This document shows, one piece after another, positions 48,711-63,900 of a stretch of DNA of 64,000 nt. The stretch is from Antedon mediterranea (Eukaryota > Animalia > Echinodermata), in assembly GCF_964355755.1 (NCBI RefSeq), contig NC_092671.1:4092001-4156000 (forward strand). The letters run 5' to 3'. Below the pieces are notes generated by a model, which saw only the letters and a program-made list of their open reading frames with translations, was not told the origin of the DNA and ran no database searches. Position numbers and translations under genes: made by a program. Position 1 is the first letter of the stretch; every line of letters starts with the position of its first letter.

Positions 48711-49519
48711 AGAAAAACGAATAAAATATAAAAAAAATACAAATAAAATATATAATATTAAAATTTGATTTATTCATTCTCCATACAAAGATATTTTTTT
48801 TACTAAAAGGTAACTCTATGTTTAAAATGTACATTATAAATAAAGACTTTGTTGAATTTGTTTTCCACAGTGAGCCCTAACCCAAAATGTGGTACTTTTT
48901 AGTTATGTTTTATGATAGAAATTTTACTGATTTTCAAATAACATTACAGATTTTACTTTTTTTGTTGTTGCTTTATATACTTTTTCTTTAAAATGCCTAA
49001 AATTTAATACAGTTTTTGTGAATTTTTTTTTATCTCATAAAACCGTATGTAGTATGCCTACCATTTTTCACTTATTTATTTTACTACACTTGTTCTATCT
49101 GCTAGCCTTCGCCCACTATCAAAAGATAAATGGGGTTTATCATCAATGTTGTCTAAGGTAATATATATATATTATATTTTCTAATAAACAATAGGTATTT
49201 CAAACTTTCTTCAAATTATGCAAATTGTTGCGTAGGACTGTGTTTACACTGTTTTAATTTTATAATCTGCTTTTTGAATTACCATTTGACAAACAAAATA
49301 ATGAATAAACATCACACCTCATTTTAGGTATAATAATAATATAAACACCAGATAGTACATAACAAGTTCTTAATGCTAAAGTGCATTAGCCTAGATTTTA
49401 CATTTATTATTATATTAATCATTCTTATATACCATATACTGTATATATATTAATTAATTATAATAATTAATAATGTTAAATTCTCCTCCACTAAGAGCTA
49501 TGTCAGCCATACACAGATA

Positions 49520-50440
49520 TTTTTTCTTTTTTCATTTCATTGTATTGTTCCACATAAAATATGACAAGACAAAGAAAAAAGAATTAAAAAACCTGGGTAG
49601 TTGTTTGTTTATGTGAGACTCAAGTAAGCCAAAAAAGGCTTTAAGGCTGAGTTCCAAAATACATCACATAGTACATGGTAACGTAAAATTGCTTTCTAAA
49701 AAAAGGAACAAAAAAGCCAAACAGATTTTATTGAATATGAATACAAGGAAAAGTAAGGAATAAATTCACATAGTAACAAACTTATTAACTATCTAAAGAA
49801 TATTGATGGATTAAGTATTGTTTGCATTTTTTTTTAAACGAAAGTAAGGTAGGTAATAATTTAATGTTTAAAGTTAAATTATTCCATAAAAATGGTCCGT
49901 TAAAAATGAAAGAATTTTTCCTGAGGGCTTAGTGTACTTTTCATAAATAAAATGTTTCCGGGTAGATGACCTGGTCTTATATGAATGAAGCTGGCTAAAC
50001 ATTGTAAACAACGAGTTAAAATGAGAAGGGAGTTGGTTATTAATAACACGAAACATAAACACAAGAGTTTGCAGTTTGTTAATATCGAATATGTTTAAAG
50101 TGTTTAGCTGATGGAATAATTGCCTTGTATGGGATCTTGGGGGTGTTCCAGTGCAAATCCTTAGAGCCTTCTTTTGAAGCTTAAAGAGACAGTGAATTGT
50201 GATGTTGATGGACTATTCCAAGGATTAGTCTGCAAAATGTTGTTAGAAATTGAAGCCCAAGCAATATTACAGTAGGTTAAGTATGGTAAAATGAGAGTGT
50301 TGTAAAGCAAAAATAAAATATTGTATGGAAGAATATATTTTAATTTACTTAAAACACCAACATTTTTAGACACTGTTTTATTAGTAATTGCAATGTGTGT
50401 TTGCCAGTTCAATTTTGAATCAATTTGAACCCCAAGGAAT
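49520..50440 (-). mobile_element. 5'-truncated CR1/L2-group LINE (RT C-terminal region + 3' UTR), degenerate
   Basis: FLGVQIDSKLNWQTHI...LYNTLILPYLTYCNIAWAS...LQKKALRIC...LFHQLNTLNIFDINKLQ...HSYKTRSS typical of CR1/L2-type RT tails; frameshifted; TGAAA/A-rich tail near 49520-49545. Confidence 0.85.
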
Positions 50441-52695
50441 GTTCAATCATATACTGTCTGCAAAAGTGGAAAGCTGTTCCAAAATATGGAAATTTCCATA
50501 TACTGTTTGAACACTATTCTGGAAACAAAATGTTTGACAAATCTAAATGTTCTTATACTTAGATTATTTATAGATTATTGACATAATAGAGTGCCACGAG
50601 CAGCTACTGTACTATTGCCAATATTCTAGTAAAAAAATGTCTTTATTTATAGACTTTATCTAATTTGAACAGTCTCACCACAACTATTGGTACTTTGTAT
50701 GAACTAGTAAACTGGGGTATTCCTCTAATCATCTAAAATATGTACTGTATATGTACTTATAGATTATATTGATAATCAGAGATTGGTAGCCTGGCTTCTT
50801 CTACTACCAGAACTATGAAACCTGTACTAATGGTCTGTAAATTTGGGTTAAAGATATTAATAAATTTCAAAAAAAAATTAAGTAAATGCAAAAAAGAAAA
50901 TAAATAATAATAACTGCTTTATCTTAGTAACAGTAAGACTTTATCAAAGTTAAAACTAGAAAAAATAATTACAGTTGGTTGATTTTAAACAGGGCTAGAA
51001 ATAGTCTTTTTTTTAAACATTTTTAACAACCCAGACAGAGCACTTTTTTTTTGTAGTGAATTAATAATTTTTTACAAAAAATGTGAATTTTAGGATTGGA
51101 AGATTAAGCATTTTTTACCTTGTATATATGCTAAACTAAAATTGTTCAGAAATTAAAACCAAAAACATTAGCAAGTTTTTAAATTGTCACTGAGAAATTA
51201 TGAAAAACCAAGGATGAATTTCAAGACCTGATGACAGGTAAAATTAATATGCAATTTCACAATATTTTATAGTAGTTTGTTAATTTACAAAAATGTGTGT
51301 TTTAAAGTTTTTACACAGAATTAAAATGTTCTATAATTTCAGTCTGATCAATTTTTTTTAGTATGTTTTACGGATTCGAGTGACGACAATGCATCTAGAG
51401 AACAAACTGTCTAGTTGTGCATCTCAACCTGGTGGATGTTATTGCAGCATTGAAATACATAACCCTCTTAACCCAATGAGATTCCATATAGTCACCAGAT
51501 CTATTTTCTTCCTGGATAAACAAACTAACTTCTAGGCCTAAAAGTTATAGCAGCTAACTAGTTCTAATGGATTAAAAATAATTTAATAGTACAGTACAAG
51601 AATATTGATGTAACCGTCGCAAACTCTTTCTTTTGCTAACATCGAAAGGGTAAAAGTAAGGGGGGATTTCTGTAATATTATTACAGCAAGCATTCCCCGG
51701 AGAGTGGCTTTGAAAACATCTTCATGGGAGGCTAATTCTGATTGGTTGAATATATTATGTTCAAAGATATTTAGTCAACTAATGTAAACGCAGAGAAAGC
51801 TAGTATATAATAACACAATAGTTTCTTTGGTACAAGCTCAATTACTTGCTATTGGTCAAGGTAGTGGTGGGAATAACTGGTCACTATTAAAAATAACAAA
51901 GTTATAGTAGGTATAATTGTAACTCTATTGAGTAAAACAACATAACATATTAAAAAAATATCAACATAAAATGTAATGAATGTCTTTTAACTTTGCAATG
52001 CTGTGTTGCTTGCTTGGTTTTACTGGCTCTCAAAATTTCTCAAATATTTTACCTAGATTTTTAACTGATACATCTATATCAAAAGTATTGATTTCAATCT
52101 TTCTTGCAGTTAAAAGCTGAATTACAAAAACTTTTTAAATCCATAAACATATTAACTTTAATTTTTTCTACAGTATGTTATATTGCACTATTGTTTTACA
52201 TTTTAGACGAGTTCTTCCATAATATGTTATTAATATTAAGTAATAAATAATAAGTGTTCTATAATTAATAAATTTAGAAAACTTACTGGTCTTCTCAGTG
52301 AATGTCAGTCAGATGTCTGTCTTGAACAAATAGTAACTGGGACTTCTGGATTGCAAGTCTATTTAGAGAAATAAATAATGCTTTGTTGATGCCATTTTCT
52401 TCTTTTTAATTTGTATTTTGCATTTCATATTGCTAAACTAATCTATTAAACTATTACTTTATTATTATCTTTATTTAAAATTTTTATTTTACATTTTATC
52501 TTTTGTACACACAAGACCAAGTAATCTGCAATTATTTGGTATGGAATTATGAAACTTTTATTTTTTTAACAGACTGTAACCCCAAAGTTGAATTATTGTA
52601 TATCTAAAACTTGTTTTCTTTTGTTTCAGAACAATAAAAGTCAGCAAATATGAAAGTGATTGAAGTACCTGAACATTTTTAACAAGATACTGTAA

Positions 52696-55600
52696 ATGAA
52701 AAAAAATGCACCAAATGTCGTGACATACTCAGAAAAGATGGAGATAGAAGAGCAGCCTCAACCACCCTATCAACTATCGAGAAAAGAAAAATTTCTGCAT
52801 TATTTTAGGAAGTTTATACAATGGCTATTCTCATATGTGGGACTAACAGCCATACTGGTTGGTTACTTATTCCTCGGGGCTATCATCTTTAGAGCAATTG
52901 AACAACCGGAAGAGAAGCGACTGAGGGAGGTTTTGCAAATTGAAAAGGAAAAGTTACTAAGAGAATTTTATAATAAAAGTATGGAGAGTAACGTTACAGA
53001 ATGGATGGTTTATGCCACTAAAGAAATCAATAAATTTGATATGAAAATGAACCCAAATAATGTTACTTCAGAAGAGCCTAATGATAGGTATAAATGGTCT
53101 TTCTTTGGTTCAATGCTGTTCTCACTTACTGTTGTAACAACTATAGGTAAGTTCATTGTATTTGGTAAAAAAAATTGTTCAGCATTTCAAGAAGTATTAA
53201 TTAAATCAGGCTTTGAATGGGCCATTTTGCAGTTTTAATAAAGTTTAAAGCACTTCTATAAAAAGATAATATAAAAAAAATAATTGGCTGCCAGAAAAAT
53301 TTGACAATTTTTGCTTCCAATACATTTTTTTTTCAAGTAGATACATTTTTTCCAATTCAATATCAGTATACATACTGTAATTTGTACATCCTAGTCACTA
53401 GTACATACAGTACTACCATACCACCTACTTCCTAGTATTACTCTACCATTGCTAGTAGCACTGAGAATTGTAAAATATTTGAAAAACCCACAACAAGAAA
53501 AGCTGCAACAATTAAAGTTTTTGACAAAAAAAAAAATATTTAAGTGCATGCTTTAAAAATATCATTGCAGATTTGAAAAATGATATTTCAAAAAGAGGAA
53601 GATTTAGCTAATAAACAAATTTAAATGGAGATAAGCTTTAGGCAAGATCAATAGTACACAACCCACAGCAGCTAGGCACATCTGACATGAGTAGCTGTAA
53701 TCTGATGAGACAGATACTCTACTGGGGGCCCACAATTTAACAGTAGTGACAAAATCATGAAAGATGATATCTTATTTATCTTGTTGGGCTGATGGTGTTC
53801 TGTTGGATTACAGCAAGCGCCGCAACATGTAAATTAGGTGACCTTATTTCTGGTGACGTCAATACTCCTGCAGATGTGCTTAGTGACTCATGGCTGGTAT
53901 CAAAATGCCTACAAAGTGTGGCAAGGAAAAATGAAACTTTTACCCAATACTAATTGCTAATCTGTTTTCATTTACATTACAATACAAATTAAATAATTTA
54001 ATTTCTTTCTATAATAATAATAGTAATCAACTAACAGTATTAAATACAAATCTACAAAGTAACCGGAAGTGTAACTTTTTATACACTATGGAAGGTATGT
54101 CATATTTCGGATTATAATCCTACACCCAATCATAATGTTTTGGTCCGAAAATGTTGGATTGGAATACACTGTATTTTTCATTTGTGTAGAGGGTGTTTTT
54201 TATATATTACTATCTCACTCTTGGAGAATAGGCTATTGTCTGTTTAGCCAGGTAAGCTACAGTAGGAACGAAAAGCCTGCATGATTATTCAGCCTAAAAA
54301 AATCGGTAATTTCCTTCTTGAAAAGGTGTTAAAAAATCCATTAAAAAAAATAAATTAAATAAAAATACTGCTTAGGATTTTATTCTCTATACTAACCAAT
54401 TAATAATTATAATCAATAGTTAGGTTACTGTATGAATTATAAAATGTGAGAATATCAATTAATTGTTTATGTAAAATTATCATGATTGTTACATTGCATC
54501 ACAGGCAAAAAACAAAACTTATGCCAACTATTCAAGACTAAAAAAGTGATAAAAAGCAAATATACATTTATTTATTATGATAAAAATTCCATGTGGCTAC
54601 TATTGTGTTAAAAAAAAACAACACAGAAACATTCTCTGTAAAAGCAAAGAAAAAACTAATTACTGTATATAAAGCATTGCGAGAATATTAATTTATTTCT
54701 TATGTAAAATGTTCATGTTGTTGCGATAGTAGTATCCAACAATAACAACAGCAAACCTACAAATTGGAGCTAACCAAGTTGATTAAAGCTAGCAGCAAGC
54801 TACAAAACAGCTCGAAATCAAATTAGTCAGCCTTAATGCAGCGCCAGGACATTCATTATCAGGCCTAAGTGAAATTTGTCGGCTGACTCGCTGCTCCTGA
54901 GTTGAATGGAATTTGTACACCTGTGAGTGTCATGACCGCCATAATTAGTAACGAAAATAATAACTTAATTAGCCATTATCTCCGTAATTTACTACCCATG
55001 TGAAATCAGTCTGTTTATTACTAAAAGAATATGTTCTTTAAAAACTAGAGTGTTTATTTTTAGTCATACATTTTCTTTTTTGTCAACCAAAATGATGAAA
55101 ACAAGTGGTTTAAATTATTATCATTGATTTTGACAAATTACAGTATGGATTTATTTCTGTTGCATATCTTTGAAATGTATTATTTTATTTTAACAATATT
55201 TCATGAGGGTTTCTCAACCAGCTGAACCCTCTTCAGAAAATACAGTATGACAAGATTTGAGAATTGAGAACAATACGAACATGATCGGTTAAATTATTTG
55301 TGTTCCGCTTTACGTTGTTGTGTTGAACTTACAGTAGTGGGAACCCTTGAATATACTTATTACAAATATTAAATTTTAAGCTCTGTTTACACTATCAAAC
55401 TAGTTTAACAAAAAAAGTGTGATGTGCCCAGATATGGTAGTTGTATGCCCAAATATGGTAGTGATATGACACTATCATGTCCATATATGGGCACGTCACA
55501 TTTTTTTGTCACATAAAGTTTGATAGTGTGGACTTCAGATCAAGAATCTTCTTAGAGTAATGTAATAAACGGGATAAAACTAAGATAGTGATAAAGATAG

Positions 55601-58600
55601 TCCAGTTAGTTATGTAGGCGTCTGTAATGGTGATCAGTATCTATTGACACCAATGGAGTTTAATTAAACTTTCAAGCAACTTTTACACCAGAATTTAGAA
55701 TTAGAAATTTGATTACGAATAATTTACAGTGTAATGGCCCACCACATCATACAGTCAGTATTTTTGTTGTACTTTAAATGTAGTGTTTTTTTACTGTTAC
55801 AGTAAAACTTCTATTTAGGGACACCTTCGAGACCAAAAATACTGTTCTCTCAATAGGGAAAATAATAAACACACTTGTCATTCATTATTTGTTTTAAAAT
55901 TATTCTGGCACTTCCAATTCCATCGGATCCATCCAATGTTGATAAATGCTCAATGTAAAAAAAGAGGTGCACTGGTTTTGGCCATTGGAAAATAGTTACT
56001 GGTACACACTCGGTTTGGGTTTTGATCATACATTTTGTAGGGACCTACATTAAAAAAGTAAGTGGGTGTGCAATAAAAAAACAATACATGGCATGTGATA
56101 CATAATCAACCAATCAAATTTGATACTGTATTGTTATAATATGAAATGCAATAAATAACTTGTCCTGGTATGAACTCATTGACCCTATAGTACTTTCTAA
56201 ATTACTTTTGTTTTTAAGATAGTATACAATGGAATACTAGAGACACTATATTTCCGGTATACAATTTGTTACAATACAGTGAATATGACACATAATTTGA
56301 ACAATATTCATAATTAATTAATCAAGATGCCTTTGTCCATACACTCAAGTTCAATAAATCTAATTCATTTCACCAGAAACTGAAGACAACTAATTGTAAT
56401 TTGAATGCCATTGGGTCCTGAAAGACAGATATAAGACGGTTCAATCAATAAATCTGACATATGATTGGACGTTTGTCATAATACCAAATGTAAACTAGAG
56501 AAGCTATCAAAAATTAATTATTGGATTCAATGAATATATTTTATCACTGCAATCAATATCACTATCTTGGAAACTATAGGCTGAGATTAGTAGCGTACAA
56601 TTAAACAAATATTATGTATTTCCAGTCTAGTGAGATCCATATCCATGTTAGGGGTGAGTGCTCTCCCTTATGATGTCTAAACTGAATAGTTAGTTTGTTA
56701 CTGCTAAAAAATCCTGGATTTGACCTCATTTACATACATGACACTGACAGGTTACATGTTGGTGAATTTCCTGTCTTAAATAACATTATAAAAATGTTCT
56801 GTAGCACCACTTTTTAAGAAGGCTTACCAAAGCAAAAATAAGTGGGGTAATTATCAATGTTGTTAGCAAATGTATACAGTATTTTATCAATAGAAATTTT
56901 AAATCTGGAGCTAACATTTTTTAAGAGTTGAAAATGTATGTAATCTAGTTTTTAACTATTCCACATCACCTCTAACGAAGTTTAAAGATCTTTCCAGCTC
57001 TTCATATCTACCAAGATGCCTCAATTCCTCTTGGGACTTCGACTAGATTTGAACCCATACATACCAAGCACCTAGCTGTTAGTACCAGGATGTCAAGTAT
57101 ACTTATTTGTAAAGATTAATTTGGCATGAATTTTTTAAATGTAAATATTTAAATGTAATTTTCAACCAAGATAATATTTGAATTATGTATGGTATTAACT
57201 ACAGTAAAGAAGAACGGGGAATTTTGATGAGATATTGGAATTAATAGTTTGCTTAAGGTACCATATACAGTACACAATTATTCTATTGCAGTTACTGCAG
57301 TAAACTACATTATCTCCCTCTTTTAAAACTGTACTGTATATTCAATTTTTATTCGGGGTACCCGAGTCTAGGACGCTCTTATCTTCTCTTCTTCTTCCAT
57401 CCGACACTATTGAGTAAAAAGTGCGATAAAGTACTACTCCTCCCTTATTCGTTGTAGTATTGAGCTGGGATTTGGCATGAATACTGTACTACAGGGACAT
57501 GACCTCAAAGCTATAGAGCCGGATTTTTTAATTTCAAACCGGGTGCAGCCATATGACATCTCGAAGATGGTACCGTATAGTCGTATTTGGTAGCGAGGTT
57601 ATTGATGTGTATGTGACGTCACATCCCGTCTTATGACGTCATTACAGCTTCTTTTGCTGTACCCCGAGTATCGCACATTCGTGCTTGTTCATGGTTATCA
57701 TACACTTGTGTAGTCACTGCCTCATAAACTTCTACATTGTTGACTAAATCACACATTAATTGCTGTAAAAAAATCTAGTTACTGCAGTAATGGCAGTAGA
57801 AAACATTTTTGATGACACTAAAAATATGTAATTTTGTTAAATAAATTATTTAAATATAAACATTAAAGTAAGTAATTTTTTTATTTTTTAAAATTTTTTT
57901 TGCTGTACCCCGAGTATCGCACATTCGTGCTTGTTCATGGTTATCATACACTTGTGTAGTCACTGCCTCATAAACTTCTACATTGTTGACTAAATCACAC
58001 ATTAATTGCTGTAAAAAAATCTAGTTACTGCAGTAATGGCAGTAGAAAACATTTTTGATGACACTAAAAATATGTAATTTTGTTAAATAAATTATTTAAA
58101 TATAAACATTAAAGTAATGTTAACGCATTTGTCATATGATAAAGAAATTAAACTATAAATTATATCTGGACATTACAAGATACATGAATATTTAACATTG
58201 ATTGAGTTAGAATTCTCATTTGTTTAGATTACTAGACAATTTGACGTGATATCTTCATTTAATCAAAATAATATTTAAATATATTTTTCAAGATTCATTT
58301 GTAAGCTCCAGGGAACATATTTTTAAATGTACTTTATGCTAAATTCCAGCATGGCTTATGAAAAAAAAAATTGTTAATAAAAGAGAGAATATTTTTTAAT
58401 TCACCAACAAGGATGGATAAACTACATTCCTTTGAAAAAATTAAATTTTATTATTTAATACGGCTACATGACCAGATTCCCCAAAATTCTGTACACAACT
58501 TTTCAAGCTGCAGTATTTTTTTTACCTCCTACATATTTTAACAATAACATTTGCACAGCATTTTCATTTTGTATGTCTGAAGACATCTATTTAAGATGTA

Positions 58601-60946
58601 GTGACTTTGTATTATATAACCTAAAGTTTATGAGCAGTACTGTAGATGGTTTTTATGATTTCCATCTTGCAGACAAATACACAATTAGTATTAGTAAATA
58701 CAAAACAAATCGCTATCTACTGTAATGTCTTTCATCCCGTACTCTAATTGTGCATTTAATGCCAGAAATGAACTGTTAACTTTGCAATCTCTTCATAAGG
58801 TTCATCCCGTACAGTATATCTCTATATTTTTTTATTTTTTAAAATTTTATTTACCTAAGTTTTGTTTGAACAATGAAAAAAAAAACACTTATTAACTCCT
58901 TGGCAGAGTTAAAAATTTAAAATATTTCTGTTGTTTATTTCAGGTTATGGTCACATAGCGCCAATGACAATACATGGGCAAGTTATTTGTATCGTGTACG
59001 CACTCATAGGAATACCGTTGATGTTGCTAGTTCTTACTAATGTTGGCAGGGTTCTAGCAAACACGGCACGGCTACTTTTCAAAATGTATTCAAGTCAGTT
59101 GTGTAAAAAAGTTCGTTGTCAGGATAAACGAAGTTTGCAGAGGCGGGCAACAAAAAGAAAATTATCCTTGCAAAGTTTGTACATTTAATTACAGTTATTA
59201 CTTTAGTATTGTATAGGAGCTATAGCATAGAATTGAGTCAATATTTGTTTAAGGAGGCTATTGGAACAGTGGGCCTAAAATGATAAAATGAAGTGCTTTA
59301 GCTTATGTCCAAATGCTACACCATACCACCTTATTTGTTATGCATTTATTAAATAAATAACCAAATCAAGATTTATCAACAGTTGGTTAATGAATTGTTG
59401 TTGTTTTCTGTGATAATATTAAATCATTTCTAACAATATAACTTTTTGGGTTTCAGGAAAACACTCGAAGAAACTTGAAAAGAAAAACTCAAGCAAGCGG
59501 AAGTCACTGAAGCGCGAGCCAACATTCAAAGTGCCACCAGAAGAAAAAACAGACAGCATTGAATTATCGAAAGCTGCCACAATCACATATAGCTCTAAAA
59601 TTCTTCAAGACTCTGAGATATTTGCCACATTATATTCTGAGTGTAATGAAACCGAGGACCGAAAATGGTTGGATCGTGTTGATAGCGCAAACGATTCAAC
59701 TTTACGAGATGTGTCGTCTACGAACTTATCATGCGCATCTGAGAATATTTTCGATGCAAAGAGCCAATCATTGAACAATAACTTGCAAGAGGACGACACA
59801 AGTAGCGTGTTCGACGGAAACGACACAGACTGTGCGGAAATTCAGGAGAAGACGAGCATAAACAGACAAGAATCTCCTAATGAAACTCCTACTACTTTTG
59901 CATCTGTTGAAGACAGTTTCTTACACTCCTTACGACCAGGTTCTTGTAGCTCTCTTGCATTACCCGTCAAAAAAGAACCTTTATTAGTAAAACGAAGATG
60001 TTCTTGCGTCGACTTAAGACAATTTGACCGATCTGAATCGATGGAAGGAAAACCGAAAAAAGAAGATAAGAAACTAACAAAAGATACCATCCATTACAGC
60101 CTACGTAAAAATGAGCATGTTGATCGCAAGTTTTACATGAACGCACAAGGTAAAAAAATGACTCACTCAGAATCCATGCCTAACATTCAGCAAAAACAAT
60201 CAGTGAGAAGTCAGAATAACAATAAATATAATTCTCTTAGAAATAAACGCAAACAAAGATTACATTCTGGTCTTGCGCACCCGACGTTGGCTTCACTAAT
60301 GAAGCCAATTGACATGAAGATTCAAAACTCGGCAACCGCGATTCGCCTTGCAACATATGGCAAAATCAAGGGTAGTAGTCGGGAAGACTTAACATCCGGC
60401 ATATCTGAAGTATCTGATGAAGATACGCGAATGTTAGACTGGACGGAATCTGTTCACAGTCGAAAGCAGCTATTATCGTCATCGAGTAACGCAAGTTTGG
60501 AAACAATAAAGCGTAAAAAACGAAAACCAAGTAAGAAAAAGAACAAACCGGCAGATGATGAATTGTCAGATATAGCTGAAATTGACTCGGATGATAGCGG
60601 TAGTAATATGAAACGTACAATAACAGAAGCCGATATTCCAATTACACCAGTTTTAATTTTTTTCTTCAGTTATGTAATTTTAGGGGCTGTTATGTTTTAT
60701 TGTTTGGAAAGCGGTTGGAACCTTCCGAACGCAATTTACTTTTGTTTCATTACGTTAACCACGATAGGATTCGGTGATTATGTACCTGATAGTTCACTTT
60801 ATAGCCTTATTGCTTGTTGTATATATACAATGGTTGGCATGGCGATAACATCTATGTGTATAGCATTAATTATGAAGAAGTTTGTACTGCAGGTTAAAAA
60901 GATAGGAAGAAAAGTTGGTATACTAAAAGATGAAGTGGACGTTTGA
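52696..60946 (+). CDS. Two-pore-domain potassium channel, TRESK/KCNK18 (TWK-18)-like, ~723 aa
   Basis: Exons 52696-53146, 58944-59174, 59457-60946. P1 WSFFGSMLFSLTVVTTIG|YGHIAP, P2 YFCFITLTTIGFGDYVP, four TM helices, very long M2-M3 loop ending DIPITP, short C-tail. Confidence 0.9.
57346..57689 (+). mobile_element. Helentron-associated (HINE/DINE-1-like) non-autonomous element
   Basis: T-run start, subterminal inverted repeats TCGGGGTAC/GTACCCCGA, (CTT)n microsatellite after the 5' subTIR, 3' hairpin GCACATTCGTGC then TTGTT. Confidence 0.6.
57652..58117. repeat. Near-perfect ~220-bp direct duplication, period 246
   Basis: 57655-57871 equals 57901-58117. Confidence 0.95.
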
Positions 60947-63900
60947 GGTCGGACAAAATTATCACTAGCAACTCAAATACTGTAATATAGGTAATTTTTT
61001 TTCAATAGGTTTGCAAGCTGAAATACACTAGTAAAGTAAAGTTTACTAAAAATGTTAAAAAGTTGAGAAAGTACTGTATCAGGAAACAAATCCTTCTAAA
61101 GTAATTTGGTTTCACATTACAGTACTTTAGAATGGCTTAAAGACCTCCCAATTCTGAAGATAAATATTGGAGTTCCCGATATTTTGAGTCATCTAAGGTA
61201 CAATTTCCCAAATTGTTCTGGAAAAAAAAAAATTCCTGATAGAAATAAATCAATTTATAATTGAAGCAATGGTTTCAAATATTGCATTTATGGTGGGTGG
61301 ACATCTGCAGCTGTAGTAGTAAGTAAAAAAAAACACACATTCTCAATTTTAGGAATAACGTGGTGTACTTTTTAAACCATACTTTATTACTAGTCAATCT
61401 AGTCAATCACCATCTCGATAATTTCCTAAATTAAGGTTAGTAAAAGATAAAAATTTTGCTACAAAGTTAACATTAAACTGATTATATTATTTGAATATGT
61501 ATAGTTCAAAATATTAAATTCAGAATTCAAAAAGAAAATTAATTTTAAATATTATTAAACATTATGCAATGTTTTTTGGGGTTTATTTATTGTAAGAATT
61601 TGTCATTAGAAATTTTTACAAAATATAGCATGGCAATTGATGAAAAATAGTATAGAATAGTTGAAAATATTACTTAATTTGAAACTAAATGTCTGCTTTC
61701 AATACAGAAATGAAAAAAGTCTAATGAAATTTAAAAATGTTAAAATGAAACAATTGATTACGATGTTATGATTAAATTACTTTTTGATTGAAGTAGTGTA
61801 CAATAGTAGTAGTAACTATGATAGTAACTCTTCTTTTATTTAAATTTTGAAGTTTAGCAAAATAAAATTCATTAAGGTAGTTTTTTTAACTTCAAAGTCA
61901 TTCCACTAGCAATGAAATATATCTGAAAAAATATTAAAACTTAAAATATGGCAATATACCTATTATACATCATCGTACTAGTGTATAATCATAAAACAAT
62001 TCAAATACACTAATATATTTATACAATTATTATAGAATTATCATTATCAGTGTTTTATTAATTAAAATATAATTATAAATATACTGTACGCTATTCACAA
62101 AAAAGACTGTGGCATATATGGTATACGGACTAGCACAAATTTGGATTCTTTGATGTGAAATACATATACACATGTAAAGTAGAGTCACTAAATAATGTTA
62201 AACATAATAATTATACAATTAATGGTTTTTTTCTGAATGAGAAGAACATTTTTATGAGTTGAAATATTGACTGTTCTAAATATAACAGTCAGGCTTTTTT
62301 AAACAGTTATCACCTAGTAACTGTTCTAAAATTAACCTTTATTTTATCCGCAGCACATATCAATTCAATGGAAGACTAGGCCATTATTAAATGGTAGTGT
62401 TCTGATTTTGGCTACTGAGTAGAGCAGTTAAGACGCACACTACAAATCGGTTTTAAAATGCACAAACTTCCCTAGTCTTCATAGAACAAAATTCTCAAAA
62501 TATTTAATTATTATTATAATTGAAATGCTGAACATGAAATAGAACCTATTTAATGGTTTATTTTATACAGTAGAACACTTTATTAAGGGGACACCTTCAG
62601 GACCCAAAAAAAATTGTCCCTTTAAAAGTTGACTGTATTAATTAATTAACCAATTAAATGATAAAAATCAAGTGTGTTTAATTATAATTAATTCATTTTT
62701 AACTAATGCTACAAATTAAAATGTGTAATTCTTTCATCAATGGGACAAATGTATCTAGCTAACGTTTACAACAAAACATTTCCTTGCATACATTCAACAA
62801 AATACATTTACGAGGTAAACTCATATTTCCAGTTAAACATATCCTAAAATAATTTTATTATCATAATATTATTTACTAACAATTTAGTGTTTAATATGTG
62901 CTGTATATTAGAGCTTTAGTCAAATACAAACGTACAGTAGGCAGGCAATTTTGAAATATTTAAATGTTGTTATCACTTGTGATTATTTAAAGGTTATGCA
63001 TCTGCTGGTCTGCCAAGTGATAAGCTAAAGTGCAATGCTAAATCTTTATTCTACTCCAGAGTCAAAAACTATTTATGTAATGTACAAACACTTTCAATGT
63101 GGAATGTGTAATTCCCATTCAACTACTATTTACACTAAAAGATATTAGCACCCTGTAGCTTACATCAGATTAATGAGTTTTATACAAAAACGAAAAAAAA
63201 AAGGACAAAAATATCGATCAAGCATATTATTGCGACTCTATAAATATTTATATTATGAATCGAAAGTGCATTTAGTATTAAGTAGAAACGTACGTGCAAT
63301 TGTAAAACATTTAGAAAACAAACATCAATATAAACAATGAATATATTTTATAGATGTTTAAAATATTTATTTGTAATTTATAGAATTACAATACATGCAA
63401 CAATATTACAAATGAAATATTAATAATTTTTTATACACAAACCGAGCTTGTGTTTTAATACTCAGACTGGGATAAATTCTAAAATTAAAAATTCATAACA
63501 GAAGAAAAAAAATAACAAGTCACATAAAAAAGCTATTAGAGTGTAGATAACAGTTAATTTTCAGGAAATAATTTCGTCAGTGTAGCATAGCAAAAAGCTA
63601 TACAAAACTACATTACTGCATGCAAAATATTTACAAATTGTTTAGCAGCCAAAAATACTTCACACGCCCTTGCGTTGTGACCAGGTTGGCACAACAGCTA
63701 ATAGTAAAGTTTATCCAATACACAAATTAAGATTAAATAAATTGATGTGCTAATTAATGCTAAATAATTATATTATATAAATCATGTAAACTTCTGTGGT
63801 ACATTGCAAATTATTGATCTTTATTGATCTCAACTATGTTTTAATAAAAAAGTACTTTTATTATGCTTTTTATTCTTATCATAATAAAACAATGGATAGC

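Noticed and set aside
53702-53765. Hammerhead ribozyme (CTGATGA...GAAA)
   Set aside because: Could not form stems I-III around the core motifs.
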